A stretch of 64,000 nt of DNA, taken from contig JBLWTJ010000001.1 in NCBI GenBank assembly GCA_048270185.1, positions 448,001 to 512,000 of the forward strand. The letters run 5' to 3'. Made by a program: the position numbers and the translations under genes. The stretch comes from Bacteriovoracaceae bacterium (GTDB lineage: Bacteria > Bdellovibrionota > Bacteriovoracia > Bacteriovoracales > Bacteriovoracaceae). This document shows, in pieces, positions 10,300 through 19,937 of the stretch. How positions within the stretch are numbered: position 1 is the stretch's first letter; every line of letters starts with the position of its first letter. The notes below the pieces were generated by a model. The model saw only the letters and a program-made list of their open reading frames with translations. It was not told the origin of the DNA and ran no database searches.

Positions 10300-10971
10300 A
10301 TGGAGCAAGGCAACAAAAGCGCCTCTAACTCAGGTCAATCTAATAACCCTGGTCAAAAGTCAGCATCAGGTGGCAACAGTGGAAATAAGAGACGATCAAA
10401 TAATCGTCGTCGCAATAACCGCAAGAAACCAAGTGGCCAACAGGCCCAGGGGCAAGACAAGAACAAGCAGGCCAAAGCTGGTCAACCTCAAGGGGAAGGC
10501 CCTAAGAAGCGTCCAAACAACCGTCGCAGAAGGCCAAATAATCGCAACCGTAAACCTCAAGCACAAAACCTTAAGGGCGAGGATTTTGTAATTGTTAAAT
10601 ATCTAAACCTACTTGAACAGCATATTGTCGCTCGTCGTAAGTACTTTGATAATTTTGAACGTGTAGGTGAAAAACAACTCGAAAAACTTGAAAGAAATTA
10701 TATCGAAACTCAAAAGACTTTCTTAGCTTTCAAGGAAAGGCTTAAAGAAGAGGACTTAAAGATTTTTGAAGAAAAATTTGAATCTCTTAAGATGGATGAA
10801 ACATATTCAAATAATCATGAGCTACCTAAAGGTGAAGTTGAGCCAGAAGTAGAAGAAGATCAAATTGAAGATCCACACTATCTACAAACACAAATTCAAT
10901 CAAATTTTTCAGAGGATACTGAAGAGTCGGTTGGAACTCTTGATGACTACAAGGCCTACAAAGGCTTATAG
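10300..10971 (+). CDS. Hypothetical protein with an Arg/Asn-rich disordered N-terminus and acidic C-terminus
   Basis: Long ORF with an upstream RBS (aaggaaag) and a downstream terminator. Confidence 0.7.
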   Translation: MEQGNKSASNSGQSNNPGQKSASGGNSGNKRRSNNRRRNNRKKPSGQQAQGQDKNKQAKAGQPQGEGPKKRPNNRRRRPNNRNRKPQAQNLKGEDFVIVKYLNLLEQHIVARRKYFDNFERVGEKQLEKLERNYIETQKTFLAFKERLKEEDLKIFEEKFESLKMDETYSNNHELPKGEVEPEVEEDQIEDPHYLQTQIQSNFSEDTEESVGTLDDYKAYKGL

Positions 10972-11043
10972 TGAAAAGGACTTTTGTCGGCTACGGCCCC
11001 TGCCTCTCGCCGACATACCGTACATCCTGAACATAAAATAAAT

Positions 11044-11068
11044 AAGGGGAGCTTTTCAGCTCCCCTTT
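11044..11068. terminator. Intrinsic terminator between convergent genes
   Basis: aaggggagct-tttc-agctcccctt, a perfect 10-bp stem. Confidence 0.8.
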
Positions 11069-11104
11069 CTATCAACATTTTTTTCTAAACAACTAAACTA
11101 TTTC

Positions 11105-11425
11105 TTAGTAAACGAAACTTGAAGATGATGCTTCAGTGCTGGCACCTGCACCAACTACACCTGAACCATCTTTAAGGTAATTCTCTAGTGTTTCTTCGTG
11201 ATCTTTAATGATCGCTTCTTTTAGTTCAACTTCGTTGATGTCTAAGATTTCACATACACGACGTAACATTTTTAAAGGAATGTTACATAGAGCACGCTCA
11301 ACATTCGAAATGAATTGTCCATTCTTATAACCAAGAAGGTGTGACAGTTCAGACTGAGAATAACCCTTTGGGTGTGCTGTTCTCTTGTCTTTAATTAACT
11401 TTGCGATGTGGCTAAAACTTCTCAT
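11105..11425 (-). CDS. XRE/Cro-family HTH transcriptional regulator
   Basis: SQSELSHLLGYKNGQFISNVERA HTH motif; aggag RBS. Confidence 0.88.
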   Translation of the reverse strand: MRSFSHIAKLIKDKRTAHPKGYSQSELSHLLGYKNGQFISNVERALCNIPLKMLRRVCEILDINEVELKEAIIKDHEETLENYLKDGSGVVGAGASTEASSSSFVY

Positions 11426-11470
11426 TATAATCTCCTAAGCATTATATTCAAGCACTTACGATTCGTATCT

Positions 11471-11505
11471 AAATATATTCTAAAGTATAAATATATTTTT
11501 GTCCA
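11471..11505 (-). promoter_or_regulatory. Sigma70-type promoter of the XRE gene with an overlapping palindrome
   Basis: Minus strand TGGACA-N17-TAGAAT, overlapped by the inverted repeat aaatatatt(11471-79)...aatatattt(11490-98). Confidence 0.55.
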
Positions 11506-11598
11506 CCGATTTAGCCTCACTTTTGTAAAGTATTTGTTATTTACAGGTGATTTTTGTTGATAATAATGATTAAGTTCAACATCAGGTATTTAGCTCGG

Positions 11599-12915
11599 CT
11601 AAACACCTGATATTAGATTACCGTTGTAATATGTTGATTCAATAAGGTCTGTGTATAACTCACGCTCTTTAGAAGGTTTTCTAATAAGAGAGCGAAGTTT
11701 CTCTTCAACACTTAGATTTCCACGCATTTTCTTTGAACCTAAACTAACAAAATGGAGTTTTTTGCCATTTTCAAAGTTCCCACTCTCCTTTTCTAGCCTC
11801 AAAGTCTGGGCACCAGCAAGAGTTGCACGATATAGGCCCTGTGTGTAAGAAGTATCATCGTGGCCACGTTTCTTATTTTGTTGCACAAAAGAGTTAATTA
11901 CATCAAGCATTGAAAGAAATGGCCCACCACCAATATCAGAGGCCAAGGCCCAGTGAACTTTAAAGCGGTTTGCCCTCTTATAATCAAAAAGGCCTGAACC
12001 AAGTCCTAGCTCCTTAATTGGAGCATTGCTCGTTGGACAGTGAGCAATCATTGTTTGCTTTTGAGAAAGTAGCTTAAGCTCTTTCGGGGATAGATATATC
12101 CCATGTCCCATAATTGTTTTAGGAGTTAGAAGCCCAACTTTGTCATAGATCTCAGTATATGTTTTTACTTTTTCAAAACCCTTAATATCTTTATAGATAC
12201 TAAGAACGAAATCAATTTCATTTTGAGTTTCACTTAAGTGTGTTTGAATGAAAGAACGATGTTTTTTTGCACTCTTTGCTCCCTCGCTCATCGTTACAGG
12301 GTCAGTTGTGATAGCAAAGCGAGGTGTTACTGCATACTTATCCTTATGGGCCTTTGCCAGAGCTTCAGTCTGTTTAACTGTTTCATCAATTCCAACAGTT
12401 AAGTACTCAGGTGAATTCATCGTCATTTGAACGTTACCAAGAACGTAATCGCCTTTGAAATTATTTAGAGCTTCTGTAACAGAGTGAGAGTGAATTGAGC
12501 CATAGCAGGCTCCCCCTATAGTTCCATTATTTGCAATTTTATTAGCAAATTCTTGTGCCTTATTGCGAGCAAATTTTAACTTTTCAAAATTAGCTTCATA
12601 AGGCCATGTATAATTCTCTAACCAATGAAGTAAATTTGCCTTTGGCATTTCACAAACTGCATCTTGAACCCAGTGAAAGTGTGTATCATAGAGACCAGGA
12701 ATGACGTACTGCCCTTTTTTATCAATAATCTCGACGTCCTTTTTACGGGCCAAGTATGTATCTAATTCATTTACTGGACATCGATGAATGATCTTATAAT
12801 CACCGGCCTTTGTACGCTTTGCGACAATTGCATAATTTTCTAAAAAATCACATTTTTTATCATTTATAGGATTAAAAAAGTGCGCAATAATAACTTTATA
12901 ATTACTTTGTGACAT
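11599..12915 (-). CDS. guaD: Guanine deaminase (amidohydrolase family)
   Basis: PGLYDTHFHWVQ, LLHWLENYTWPYE, VTPRFAIT, QTHLSE, AHCPTSN...LGSG and SDIGGG motifs. Confidence 0.88.
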   Translation of the reverse strand: MSQSNYKVIIAHFFNPINDKKCDFLENYAIVAKRTKAGDYKIIHRCPVNELDTYLARKKDVEIIDKKGQYVIPGLYDTHFHWVQDAVCEMPKANLLHWLENYTWPYEANFEKLKFARNKAQEFANKIANNGTIGGACYGSIHSHSVTEALNNFKGDYVLGNVQMTMNSPEYLTVGIDETVKQTEALAKAHKDKYAVTPRFAITTDPVTMSEGAKSAKKHRSFIQTHLSETQNEIDFVLSIYKDIKGFEKVKTYTEIYDKVGLLTPKTIMGHGIYLSPKELKLLSQKQTMIAHCPTSNAPIKELGLGSGLFDYKRANRFKVHWALASDIGGGPFLSMLDVINSFVQQNKKRGHDDTSYTQGLYRATLAGAQTLRLEKESGNFENGKKLHFVSLGSKKMRGNLSVEEKLRSLIRKPSKERELYTDLIESTYYNGNLISGV

Positions 12916-12945
12916 GAACTCTCCAATTTAAACAGGTCAAGATAT

Positions 12946-14262
12946 ATGAATCACTACATCATTTCAACCCTCATTACTTTATTTACAATCTTTGGCATTA
13001 ATACCCATGCAAGTGAAGATACAAAATATAATATAAATAAATTCTTGATCCTCGATATAAGTGAGGCCATTACACCGGCCACTATAAACTATATGAAGAA
13101 AGGGTTTGAGAGCGTTAAAGGACAGAAGCAGACGGCCGTCTTAATTAAAATCAATACTCCAGGTGGACTCGTTAGTGTTACAAAAGATATCATGCATCTG
13201 ATTGCAAATAGTGAAAACCTAGTCATCGGCTGGATTGGGCCAAGCTCAGCATCGGCCACAAGCGCCGGGGCCATTATCTCAAGCAGTATCCCAATTCTTT
13301 ACATGGCCGACGGTACCAGAATCGGTGCCGCCACACCGATTTCAGGCTCAACAGAAATTAAAGACGGAGATATAAAAAATAAAATTATAAATGATCTCGT
13401 GGCCCTTGTTAAATCACAAGCAGAAGGTACAGGTAAGAACCCTAAGACTTATATTGAAATGATTACTGAGGCAAAGAGTTTTACGGCCACTGACGCTCTT
13501 AAAGAGAATGTTCACAATGGTATAATTGATTCAATTCAAGGTGAATCTGGACTAATTAACGAAATTAATGGCAAAAGCTTTTTAAAACACCATAAAGATT
13601 TTAGTGTTGAAGTTCTTCCCAATTATGTAGTCACAACTCATATAAAAACTCTTGGCCAAAAACTTTTGGCCTTTTTCTCATCACCAGATATGGCCTATAT
13701 ACTCTTCTTAATTGGAGCGGCCTTAATCTACCTTGAGTTTCAAGCACCAGGGGGATTTATCGCGGGAAGCATTGGTGCAATCTTCATTCTACTTGCTGGA
13801 ATTTCATTTGGTATACTCTCTTTAAATGTAGGCGCCCTATTACTCATAATTGCGGCCTTCATTTTATTTATTTTAGAAATCTATATCACAAGTTTTGGCC
13901 TACTCTCTATTGCTGGGATAGCTAGTCTTATCTTTGGCTCACTCTTTCTATTTCAAACAGAAGAGTCATACCTACAGATTTCAACTTCAGTACTCATCTC
14001 AAGTATTAGCGCTATCCTTTTCTTTATTGGTATCATTGCCTATATCTTCTATAAATCTCGTAAGAAGATTTTTTCAGACCCATATGATCCATATACAAAT
14101 AAAGAAGTCACAATATCATCAATTGATGGTGATAAGTACTACACAAAGTATAATGGGGAGCTGTGGCAACTAAATTCACAAGAAGATCTGACAAAGTTAA
14201 ACGTTGGAGATAAAGTTACAATTATAAAAAAAGATAATGTAAAATTACTTGTAAAAATTTAA
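12946..14262 (+). CDS. nfeD: NfeD-family membrane-bound ClpP-class protease
   Basis: INTPGG, ATSAG, IGAATPI motifs, TM bundle and C-terminal GELWQ; upstream of a slipin gene. Confidence 0.9.
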   Translation: MNHYIISTLITLFTIFGINTHASEDTKYNINKFLILDISEAITPATINYMKKGFESVKGQKQTAVLIKINTPGGLVSVTKDIMHLIANSENLVIGWIGPSSASATSAGAIISSSIPILYMADGTRIGAATPISGSTEIKDGDIKNKIINDLVALVKSQAEGTGKNPKTYIEMITEAKSFTATDALKENVHNGIIDSIQGESGLINEINGKSFLKHHKDFSVEVLPNYVVTTHIKTLGQKLLAFFSSPDMAYILFLIGAALIYLEFQAPGGFIAGSIGAIFILLAGISFGILSLNVGALLLIIAAFILFILEIYITSFGLLSIAGIASLIFGSLFLFQTEESYLQISTSVLISSISAILFFIGIIAYIFYKSRKKIFSDPYDPYTNKEVTISSIDGDKYYTKYNGELWQLNSQEDLTKLNVGDKVTIIKKDNVKLLVKI

Positions 14263-14273
14263 AGGAATAAGAA

Positions 14274-14405
14274 ATGAGTCAAAGAAAGTCATTTAGACAA
14301 CTAATGAGTATAATATGTACTTTAAGTGCAAATGAGCTGCCTACAAAAGAAGATATTTCGTGGGCGAGAAAGGAAATTTTAAGGTATTTCTTTTTAATAA
14401 GGTAA
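14274..14405 (+). CDS. Small ORF, 43 aa (MSQRKSFRQLMSIICTLSANELPTKEDISWARKEILRYFFLIR)
   Basis: Hand translation; aaggaa RBS-like sequence 12 nt upstream of the ATG; below the ORF-track cutoff. Confidence 0.4.
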   Translation: MSQRKSFRQLMSIICTLSANELPTKEDISWARKEILRYFFLIR

Positions 14406-14483
14406 AAAACTAAGGGGTCGTTGAGGGACGATTGATTTATTTGACAAGGAAGAGAGAGAGTTTCTTAAATCAGCCCCTTAGTT
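14404..14483 (-). ncRNA. Candidate structured small RNA with CU-rich loops
   Basis: 10-bp closing stem aactaagggg/ccccttagtt, inner stems tgattta/taaatca and tcgt/acga, minus-strand loops UCUCUCUCUUCCUU and CCCUCA, and a 3' U run. Confidence 0.45.
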
Positions 14484-14559
14484 CTTAGATATATAATAGC
14501 TAACTAAATTTTTATTAAGTCATCAGTTTGTAAAGTTTTTGTCAATTCACGGAGGACAC

Positions 14560-15315
14560 ATGATTACCATTGCCCCATATTTACCATTTATCATACTAGT
14601 ACTAATTTTAATGTTTAATACTGTTAAGATTCTCAAAGAATACGAACGCGGTGTTATTTTCTTCCTTGGTCGCTTCACGGCCGTAAGAGGTCCTGGACTA
14701 ATTCTTCTAATCCCAGGACTTGAAAAGATGCAAAAAGTCGATTTACGTACAGTTACAATGGATATTCCGTCTCAGGACATCATCTCAAAAGACAACGTAA
14801 CTCTTAAGGTAAATGGAGTTGTTTACTTTAGAGTAGAAGATCCAGAAAAATCTATTATTGCAGTTGAGAACTTCTTACTAGCTACGGCCCAAATTGCCCA
14901 GACAACATTACGATCTGTAATTGGCCAATTCGAACTAGATGAAATCCTCTCAATGAGAGATCAAATCAACTCTCGTCTGCAAACTATTCTCGATGAACAC
15001 ACTGAACCATGGGGAATTAAAGTTTCAACAGTTGAAGTAAAAGCTATCGATCTACCAATTGAAATGCAAAGAGCAATGGCCAAGCAAGCAGAAGCTGAGC
15101 GAGACAAAAGAGCAAAAGTTATTTCGGCCCAAGGTGAGTTTGATGCGGCCATTAAGCTAGCAGAAGCGGCAAAGGTCTTAAATGAGAGTCCTAATGCAAT
15201 TACACTTCGATACCTTGATACAATGAAAGAAATCTCAAGTGGAGAGGGAAAATCAACAACTTTCTTCCCTCTTCCTGTGGACTTTTTAAGTAATCTTATA
15301 AAAAATAAGAGTTAA
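14560..15315 (+). CDS. Slipin (SPFH/stomatin-like) protein
   Basis: [25 protein letters not shown] and [11 protein letters not shown] motifs; ggagg RBS before ATG 14560. Confidence 0.93.
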   Translation: MITIAPYLPFIILVLILMFNTVKILKEYERGVIFFLGRFTAVRGPGLILLIPGLEKMQKVDLRTVTMDIPSQDIISKDNVTLKVNGVVYFRVEDPEKSIIAVENFLLATAQIAQTTLRSVIGQFELDEILSMRDQINSRLQTILDEHTEPWGIKVSTVEVKAIDLPIEMQRAMAKQAEAERDKRAKVISAQGEFDAAIKLAEAAKVLNESPNAITLRYLDTMKEISSGEGKSTTFFPLPVDFLSNLIKNKS

Positions 15316-15860
15316 TGATTACAAAATTATTTAACCTAATACCTTTTCATGAAAATGACCTTGAGATTAAGCTTACGGCCGAAATCAAGGTCATTGATGA
15401 TCTAATAACATTTGATTTCAATCTTCGTGGAAATATTGGGCCAATCTATCTTCTAAGAAATAATGGTAAATTTAATCGTGTTATCGGACTCTGGAGTCAA
15501 ACTTGCTTTGAATTCTTTATATTTGATAAGGCAACTGGTGAATACTTTGAGTTTAATTTTGGAAGTGATTCAAGTTGGAATTGTTTCTTCTTTAACTCAT
15601 ACCGATCTGAACTGACAGAGTATGAAGAAATATCACTAGAAAATATCAGCATTACTAATGAAGAAAATCTCTTTGGACTTAGTTGCCAATTTCCACTAAA
15701 GGCCCTTGGACATAACTTTGAAGATCTTTCAAACTTAAAAGTATCTCCAACTTGTGTCATTAAAGCTCAAGAGAATAAGACTTATTACTACTCAAATAAG
15801 CACCCAGACACTAAGCCTAATTTTCATCACCCTGAAAGTTTTGTGGATTTAGTTGATTAA
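15315..15860 (+). CDS. DOMON-like domain protein
   Basis: LWSQTCFEFF, YFEFNF..W..F.F.SYR and PNFH motifs. Confidence 0.75.
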   Translation: MITKLFNLIPFHENDLEIKLTAEIKVIDDLITFDFNLRGNIGPIYLLRNNGKFNRVIGLWSQTCFEFFIFDKATGEYFEFNFGSDSSWNCFFFNSYRSELTEYEEISLENISITNEENLFGLSCQFPLKALGHNFEDLSNLKVSPTCVIKAQENKTYYYSNKHPDTKPNFHHPESFVDLVD

Positions 15861-17099
15861 TTAATACTCACTAAGATCGTCTTTCTTCTTTTTTATATCT
15901 ACGTTTTTAAGAATATAGTCGATCTTATCATCTTCTGATTTAAATTCTGTATCACCATCAATCTGATAATCAGCGAGGTCTCTTTCCTTCTTCTCATCTT
16001 CTTTCTTACTCTCAAGCTCAATCTTGGCCTTTAGATCTGTTCTTAAGATCTCATCACGACTAGAGAATGTTTGGCCAAACTTCTTCTTCGCGAAATCATA
16101 AAGATTATAAAGCTTAGCAGTCTTATATTGACCTTTCTCAAGATAGTAGATCATTTCTTTATAGAAAGATGAATTTTCTAATTCATGTGACCACGCAGAA
16201 TAAAGAAGAACCATCCCCTTGTATTCAAATCTCTTTTGATAACTTAGTTTTCTAAACTCGTTGTACATCTCAAGTGAACTCTCTTCATCGCGAGATAGAC
16301 TTAACTTCATATTTTTAAGTAATTTATTAACAACGACCTGATGTTCAGGATAGTTTCGATTATAGGTAAAGGCCATACGATATAGACGACCTTTTTCATA
16401 GAATAAATTTTCGACGCCACCTTGAGACTCTCCTTCTTTATCAAAGAAAGAAATAACGTGGAAGGGACCATTTTGCACAATCTTAGTTGCCTTGGAGCTA
16501 AAAAGATTTGACCTGAGTTTGTAGATATAAAGAAAGTAGCCAAGCTTTGAAAGTGGATAATTCTCATAGAGATACTTCACTCCACTATAACTAAAGAGAC
16601 TAACTTTTTTCATTTTTAAATTAAGATTTAAAACATCTAGCCACACTTGCTTATTACTTGCCGGCTTAATGAATTTAGTCACAATTGGCAGGCTAAAAAT
16701 TTTATCCATTGGGATCGAGTTATTAAATCTTGAGACACTCATATCTGTTACATTTAAAACTCTTCGTAGTTGATAATCGACAATATCAAAATAAGGCCTA
16801 ACTTCTCCCTTATAAATTGAAGGAGCAGGAAAGAGTTGGAAAGTAACATCATTAAAAGGCAGATCAAACTCATAATCTTGATAGTGCACACTCTTCCAAA
16901 AAGGAGTGACACTACGGCTTTGTTCATAGGGGGCAAGCCCTTTGATTAAACTAGAACTATTTGAAGTGGCAAGAAAGTAGTCCGATTGAATCCCTTCATC
17001 CTGGAAGGTATAATAGAAACGATAAGGCATCGTAACAACAAGGTAAGCTGCTGATATTACGAGTACAAATAAACTAAATAGGACAATTACCTTCTTCAT
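15861..17099 (-). CDS. Membrane-anchored hypothetical protein
   Basis: Long ORF with an N-terminal TM helix after MKK; ATG 17099 preferred. Confidence 0.65.
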   Translation of the reverse strand: MKKVIVLFSLFVLVISAAYLVVTMPYRFYYTFQDEGIQSDYFLATSNSSSLIKGLAPYEQSRSVTPFWKSVHYQDYEFDLPFNDVTFQLFPAPSIYKGEVRPYFDIVDYQLRRVLNVTDMSVSRFNNSIPMDKIFSLPIVTKFIKPASNKQVWLDVLNLNLKMKKVSLFSYSGVKYLYENYPLSKLGYFLYIYKLRSNLFSSKATKIVQNGPFHVISFFDKEGESQGGVENLFYEKGRLYRMAFTYNRNYPEHQVVVNKLLKNMKLSLSRDEESSLEMYNEFRKLSYQKRFEYKGMVLLYSAWSHELENSSFYKEMIYYLEKGQYKTAKLYNLYDFAKKKFGQTFSSRDEILRTDLKAKIELESKKEDEKKERDLADYQIDGDTEFKSEDDKIDYILKNVDIKKKKDDLSEY

Positions 17100-17107
17100 T
17101 ATAGGCT

Positions 17108-17170
17108 TTATCGGCAAAGATCAGGGTAAACTACATGAAAAAATTAATATTTTTTCAAAATTACCGATAA
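17108..17170. promoter_or_regulatory. Divergent pair of sigma28 (FliA)-like promoters
   Basis: Minus: GTAG-N15-GCCGATAA (17134-17108). Plus: TTAA-N15-ACCGATAA (17144-17170). Confidence 0.5.
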
Positions 17171-17196
17171 GCATAGTGATAAATTCGGAGATTTAA

Positions 17197-17862
17197 ATGA
17201 AGAAACTAATTTTTATCACAACAATTCTATCTCTTGCCTCATGTGTTGCGCCAAGAGAGACACGTTCAATCTATGATACAAATACGAATTCAAGTAATTC
17301 GACGAACACAGGTGGCTCATCGAATTCAGGTTCGCAAATTGATATCGATGACTCTAACTCCAGCAGCAACTCAGGAGCTAATATTCCTAGTGAAATTGCT
17401 CATTGCAGCTGGTCTTATGACGGAATAACTGGCTTTGCCAACACGTCAAATGCACACTTGGGACCAAATACAGTTTGTCAGTCACGATCAAATCCGTCCA
17501 AAGTATTTATTCAAATTAAAAACGTCGATAGCGACTCTCGTATCTGTGTTATTCCTACTTCAGAGGTTTCTGGTAACTCAATTTTTCTTGGATCTGCTCA
17601 GTGTAAGTATATCAATAGTTCAGGAATTATCTCACAATTCAACTTAACGAAGGACCGAGATGGTGGACTTTACAAGAACTTCACGATTAATGGAGCGATG
17701 GTAATGAAGGAGAAAACATATGATTTTCCTTCTCCATTTTCACGAGAGCTTATCTCATACGATGCTTACTTCTGGTGCTCATTAAATATTGATCTCTACA
17801 ATGATCGTACTTACTGTGATGCATTCAAAAGCGTTGGGCAATACTTCTACAAATCATTCTAA
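17197..17862 (+). CDS. Cys-containing lipoprotein with an S/N-rich linker
   Basis: Lipobox LASC; ggag RBS. Confidence 0.75.
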   Translation: MKKLIFITTILSLASCVAPRETRSIYDTNTNSSNSTNTGGSSNSGSQIDIDDSNSSSNSGANIPSEIAHCSWSYDGITGFANTSNAHLGPNTVCQSRSNPSKVFIQIKNVDSDSRICVIPTSEVSGNSIFLGSAQCKYINSSGIISQFNLTKDRDGGLYKNFTINGAMVMKEKTYDFPSPFSRELISYDAYFWCSLNIDLYNDRTYCDAFKSVGQYFYKSF

Positions 17863-17874
17863 AAAAATAATGAC

Positions 17875-18744
17875 CTAATGGGCAAGCTTATTACCATCAA
17901 TCTGCTTGCCTGTTTTATAGTTACTTGAAAGATCCCCGTCAATTGTAGGAAATGAAATAATAGGAACAATCAGACTCTGTTCGTCTTTTTCTATCTTCAT
18001 ACAAAGAGCGATATAGAAGAAGCTAACACCGCTTCTCTCAAACGCTTTAAAGTAAGCAAAAATTGAATCACCATCTTCATCATTAAATTCATAGAGTTCA
18101 TCGTATGACTCTATTGTTTGCTGAAGATAGTCCATGTAAAGAGTATAATCTTCAAATGGGATATCAAATTCTTTACGATGAGTCATAAGGTCAGCAAGTA
18201 GCTTTGATTTCTTAAGTTCGATTTCTTCAAAATCAGTACTATCAAGAAGAGTCACATCATCCGTTTCACGATGATAGTCTTCAAGAGATTCAACTTCTTC
18301 ACCAACTTGGAAGTTTTGAATGAAATATTCATTACTAGATGCTGTAAGAGATAGAACAAATGAAGGTGTATGGTCAAATACAAAGCACAGAGCGACGACA
18401 TAGACATCCTCTCCGCCATGCTTCTGCTTAGAGATAAAGCTAAATAGCTCTTCTTTTAGCTCATTCTCTAATCGCCATATTTCGTCAGGCTTATGAAGGA
18501 CACGATCAATTGCAGCCGGGTGATCAAGAATTTCTAATGCCGACTCTTCTTCAATATTTAAGTCTTTTCGCTTCTTATCAATCTTGCCTGCAAAATAGTC
18601 AATAAGTGGAGCATAGAATTTTTCAATACAAAGCTCACTACAAAAACATAGATTTGAACCGTCTTCAACAAAGAGTAAATCTTCTATTTTAGAAACGACT
18701 TTCTTACAATTTTTACAATAATAGATGCTATCTGAAACTAACAA
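17875..18744 (-). CDS. Acidic hypothetical protein with an N-terminal treble-clef-like Zn finger
   Basis: YCKNC...FCSELC, followed by two internally similar acidic halves. Confidence 0.6.
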   Translation of the reverse strand: MLVSDSIYYCKNCKKVVSKIEDLLFVEDGSNLCFCSELCIEKFYAPLIDYFAGKIDKKRKDLNIEEESALEILDHPAAIDRVLHKPDEIWRLENELKEELFSFISKQKHGGEDVYVVALCFVFDHTPSFVLSLTASSNEYFIQNFQVGEEVESLEDYHRETDDVTLLDSTDFEEIELKKSKLLADLMTHRKEFDIPFEDYTLYMDYLQQTIESYDELYEFNDEDGDSIFAYFKAFERSGVSFFYIALCMKIEKDEQSLIVPIISFPTIDGDLSSNYKTGKQIDGNKLAH

Positions 18745-18755
18745 TGATTATCCTT

Positions 18756-19670
18756 TTATATAGCAATATTAAGGCCAGCAAAGAGAGAGTTCCCATAGAC
18801 AACAGGATAATCCCAAACTTTTAAGCTACCATCAAGACCTTTAGTATCAGGCCTTTGAACCTGGAAACCGGCCCCAAGGTTTAGCCTGACATGATTAGAC
18901 ATTTTTAAAAACATTTGAGGCATTAGATATGAATATTTTACTTCGTTATTTAAAGAATTTGTACTTAAGAATTCACTGGCCCCTATTTTTACCTCTCCAT
19001 AAGTTATAAGAAATTGAATTTCACGAGATACCATAATTCCTAAATCAGCTTTTAAATGCGTTATATCACCGATGGCCATTTCGCTTTCATCTTCAATATT
19101 ATCAGTAAAGACTCTTTCATAACCAAGTCCTATGGCCGCTGCACCAAAACGCTTTTCAGTTGAGACACCAAAGTATCGATCATTTCTAAGTGTAGAGATT
19201 TCACTCTTTCCCTTTAAGCGAGCACCCACATAGAGATCAAAAATAAGCTTGTTGTAATCATTACCAATATCAAGCCAGTTAAAGCCTAGTTTAATATTTG
19301 AATTGGCCTGTTCAAATTCTTTTGTTTCAAGGGATTGAGAGCCTTTCATTCCAAGTTCGACAAAAATGCCGTGAGCAAATTGGGACTTTAAGTTGAAATT
19401 GATAAAGTTGATATTTTCCTCACTGAAATAAGACTTAGCGGCAGTATAACCAAGATAAAAGTCAGTGTGCTCAGGGAGTAGCGACCAATCACCAGTTGAA
19501 GATGAAGTTGCTTTTGCTTGAGCACGCGCCGTAGGCTTAATGCGAGTTGAAGTTGTAGCAGGATTATAACCTGATGAAGAGGAACTAGAAGATCCGCCAG
19601 TATAATCTACTAATGCATATGTATTTAAAGATAGAATTAGTGATAAGAGTGAAAGTTGCAGTGATTTCAT
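18756..19670 (-). CDS. Secreted protein, probable outer-membrane beta-barrel
   Basis: Signal peptide, S/T-rich linker, alternating beta-strand pattern, C-terminal LFAGLNIAI. Confidence 0.6.
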   Translation of the reverse strand: MKSLQLSLLSLILSLNTYALVDYTGGSSSSSSSGYNPATTSTRIKPTARAQAKATSSSTGDWSLLPEHTDFYLGYTAAKSYFSEENINFINFNLKSQFAHGIFVELGMKGSQSLETKEFEQANSNIKLGFNWLDIGNDYNKLIFDLYVGARLKGKSEISTLRNDRYFGVSTEKRFGAAAIGLGYERVFTDNIEDESEMAIGDITHLKADLGIMVSREIQFLITYGEVKIGASEFLSTNSLNNEVKYSYLMPQMFLKMSNHVRLNLGAGFQVQRPDTKGLDGSLKVWDYPVVYGNSLFAGLNIAI

Positions 19671-19937
19671 CTAACATTCCTTGTTTTAAAATAATTAACA
19701 CCATCATGGTGTAGGTAAATTGTAACTTTATTAAAACTTAATTTCAATATCAGCATATCCTACCGGGGGGCTCGGTTATCAACTGTGAACATGATCAAAA
19801 ACAGTAAAACCAATGACTTGAAAATCTTCTTCGTCAATATTGTCTATTTATGGCCTATGCATCAAGGAAATGTATTCCGACTGCCAAAGAACGCGAAATA
19901 TTTATAAAATAAAAAAGAGAAATTTCAGGAGGAAGAA

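Noticed and set aside
11105..11425. Prophage repressor or TA antitoxin
   Set aside because: No phage, integrase or toxin genes nearby; neighbours are chromosomal genes.
14441..14470. Plus-strand sigma70 promoter at TTGACA for the slipin gene
   Set aside because: Only a poor -10 (cttaaa/ttaaat) lies at 17-18 nt. Not excluded, but unsupported.
19708..19722. Palindrome acaccatcatggtgt upstream of the barrel gene
   Set aside because: It is short and single-copy in the window, so there is no basis to assign a function.
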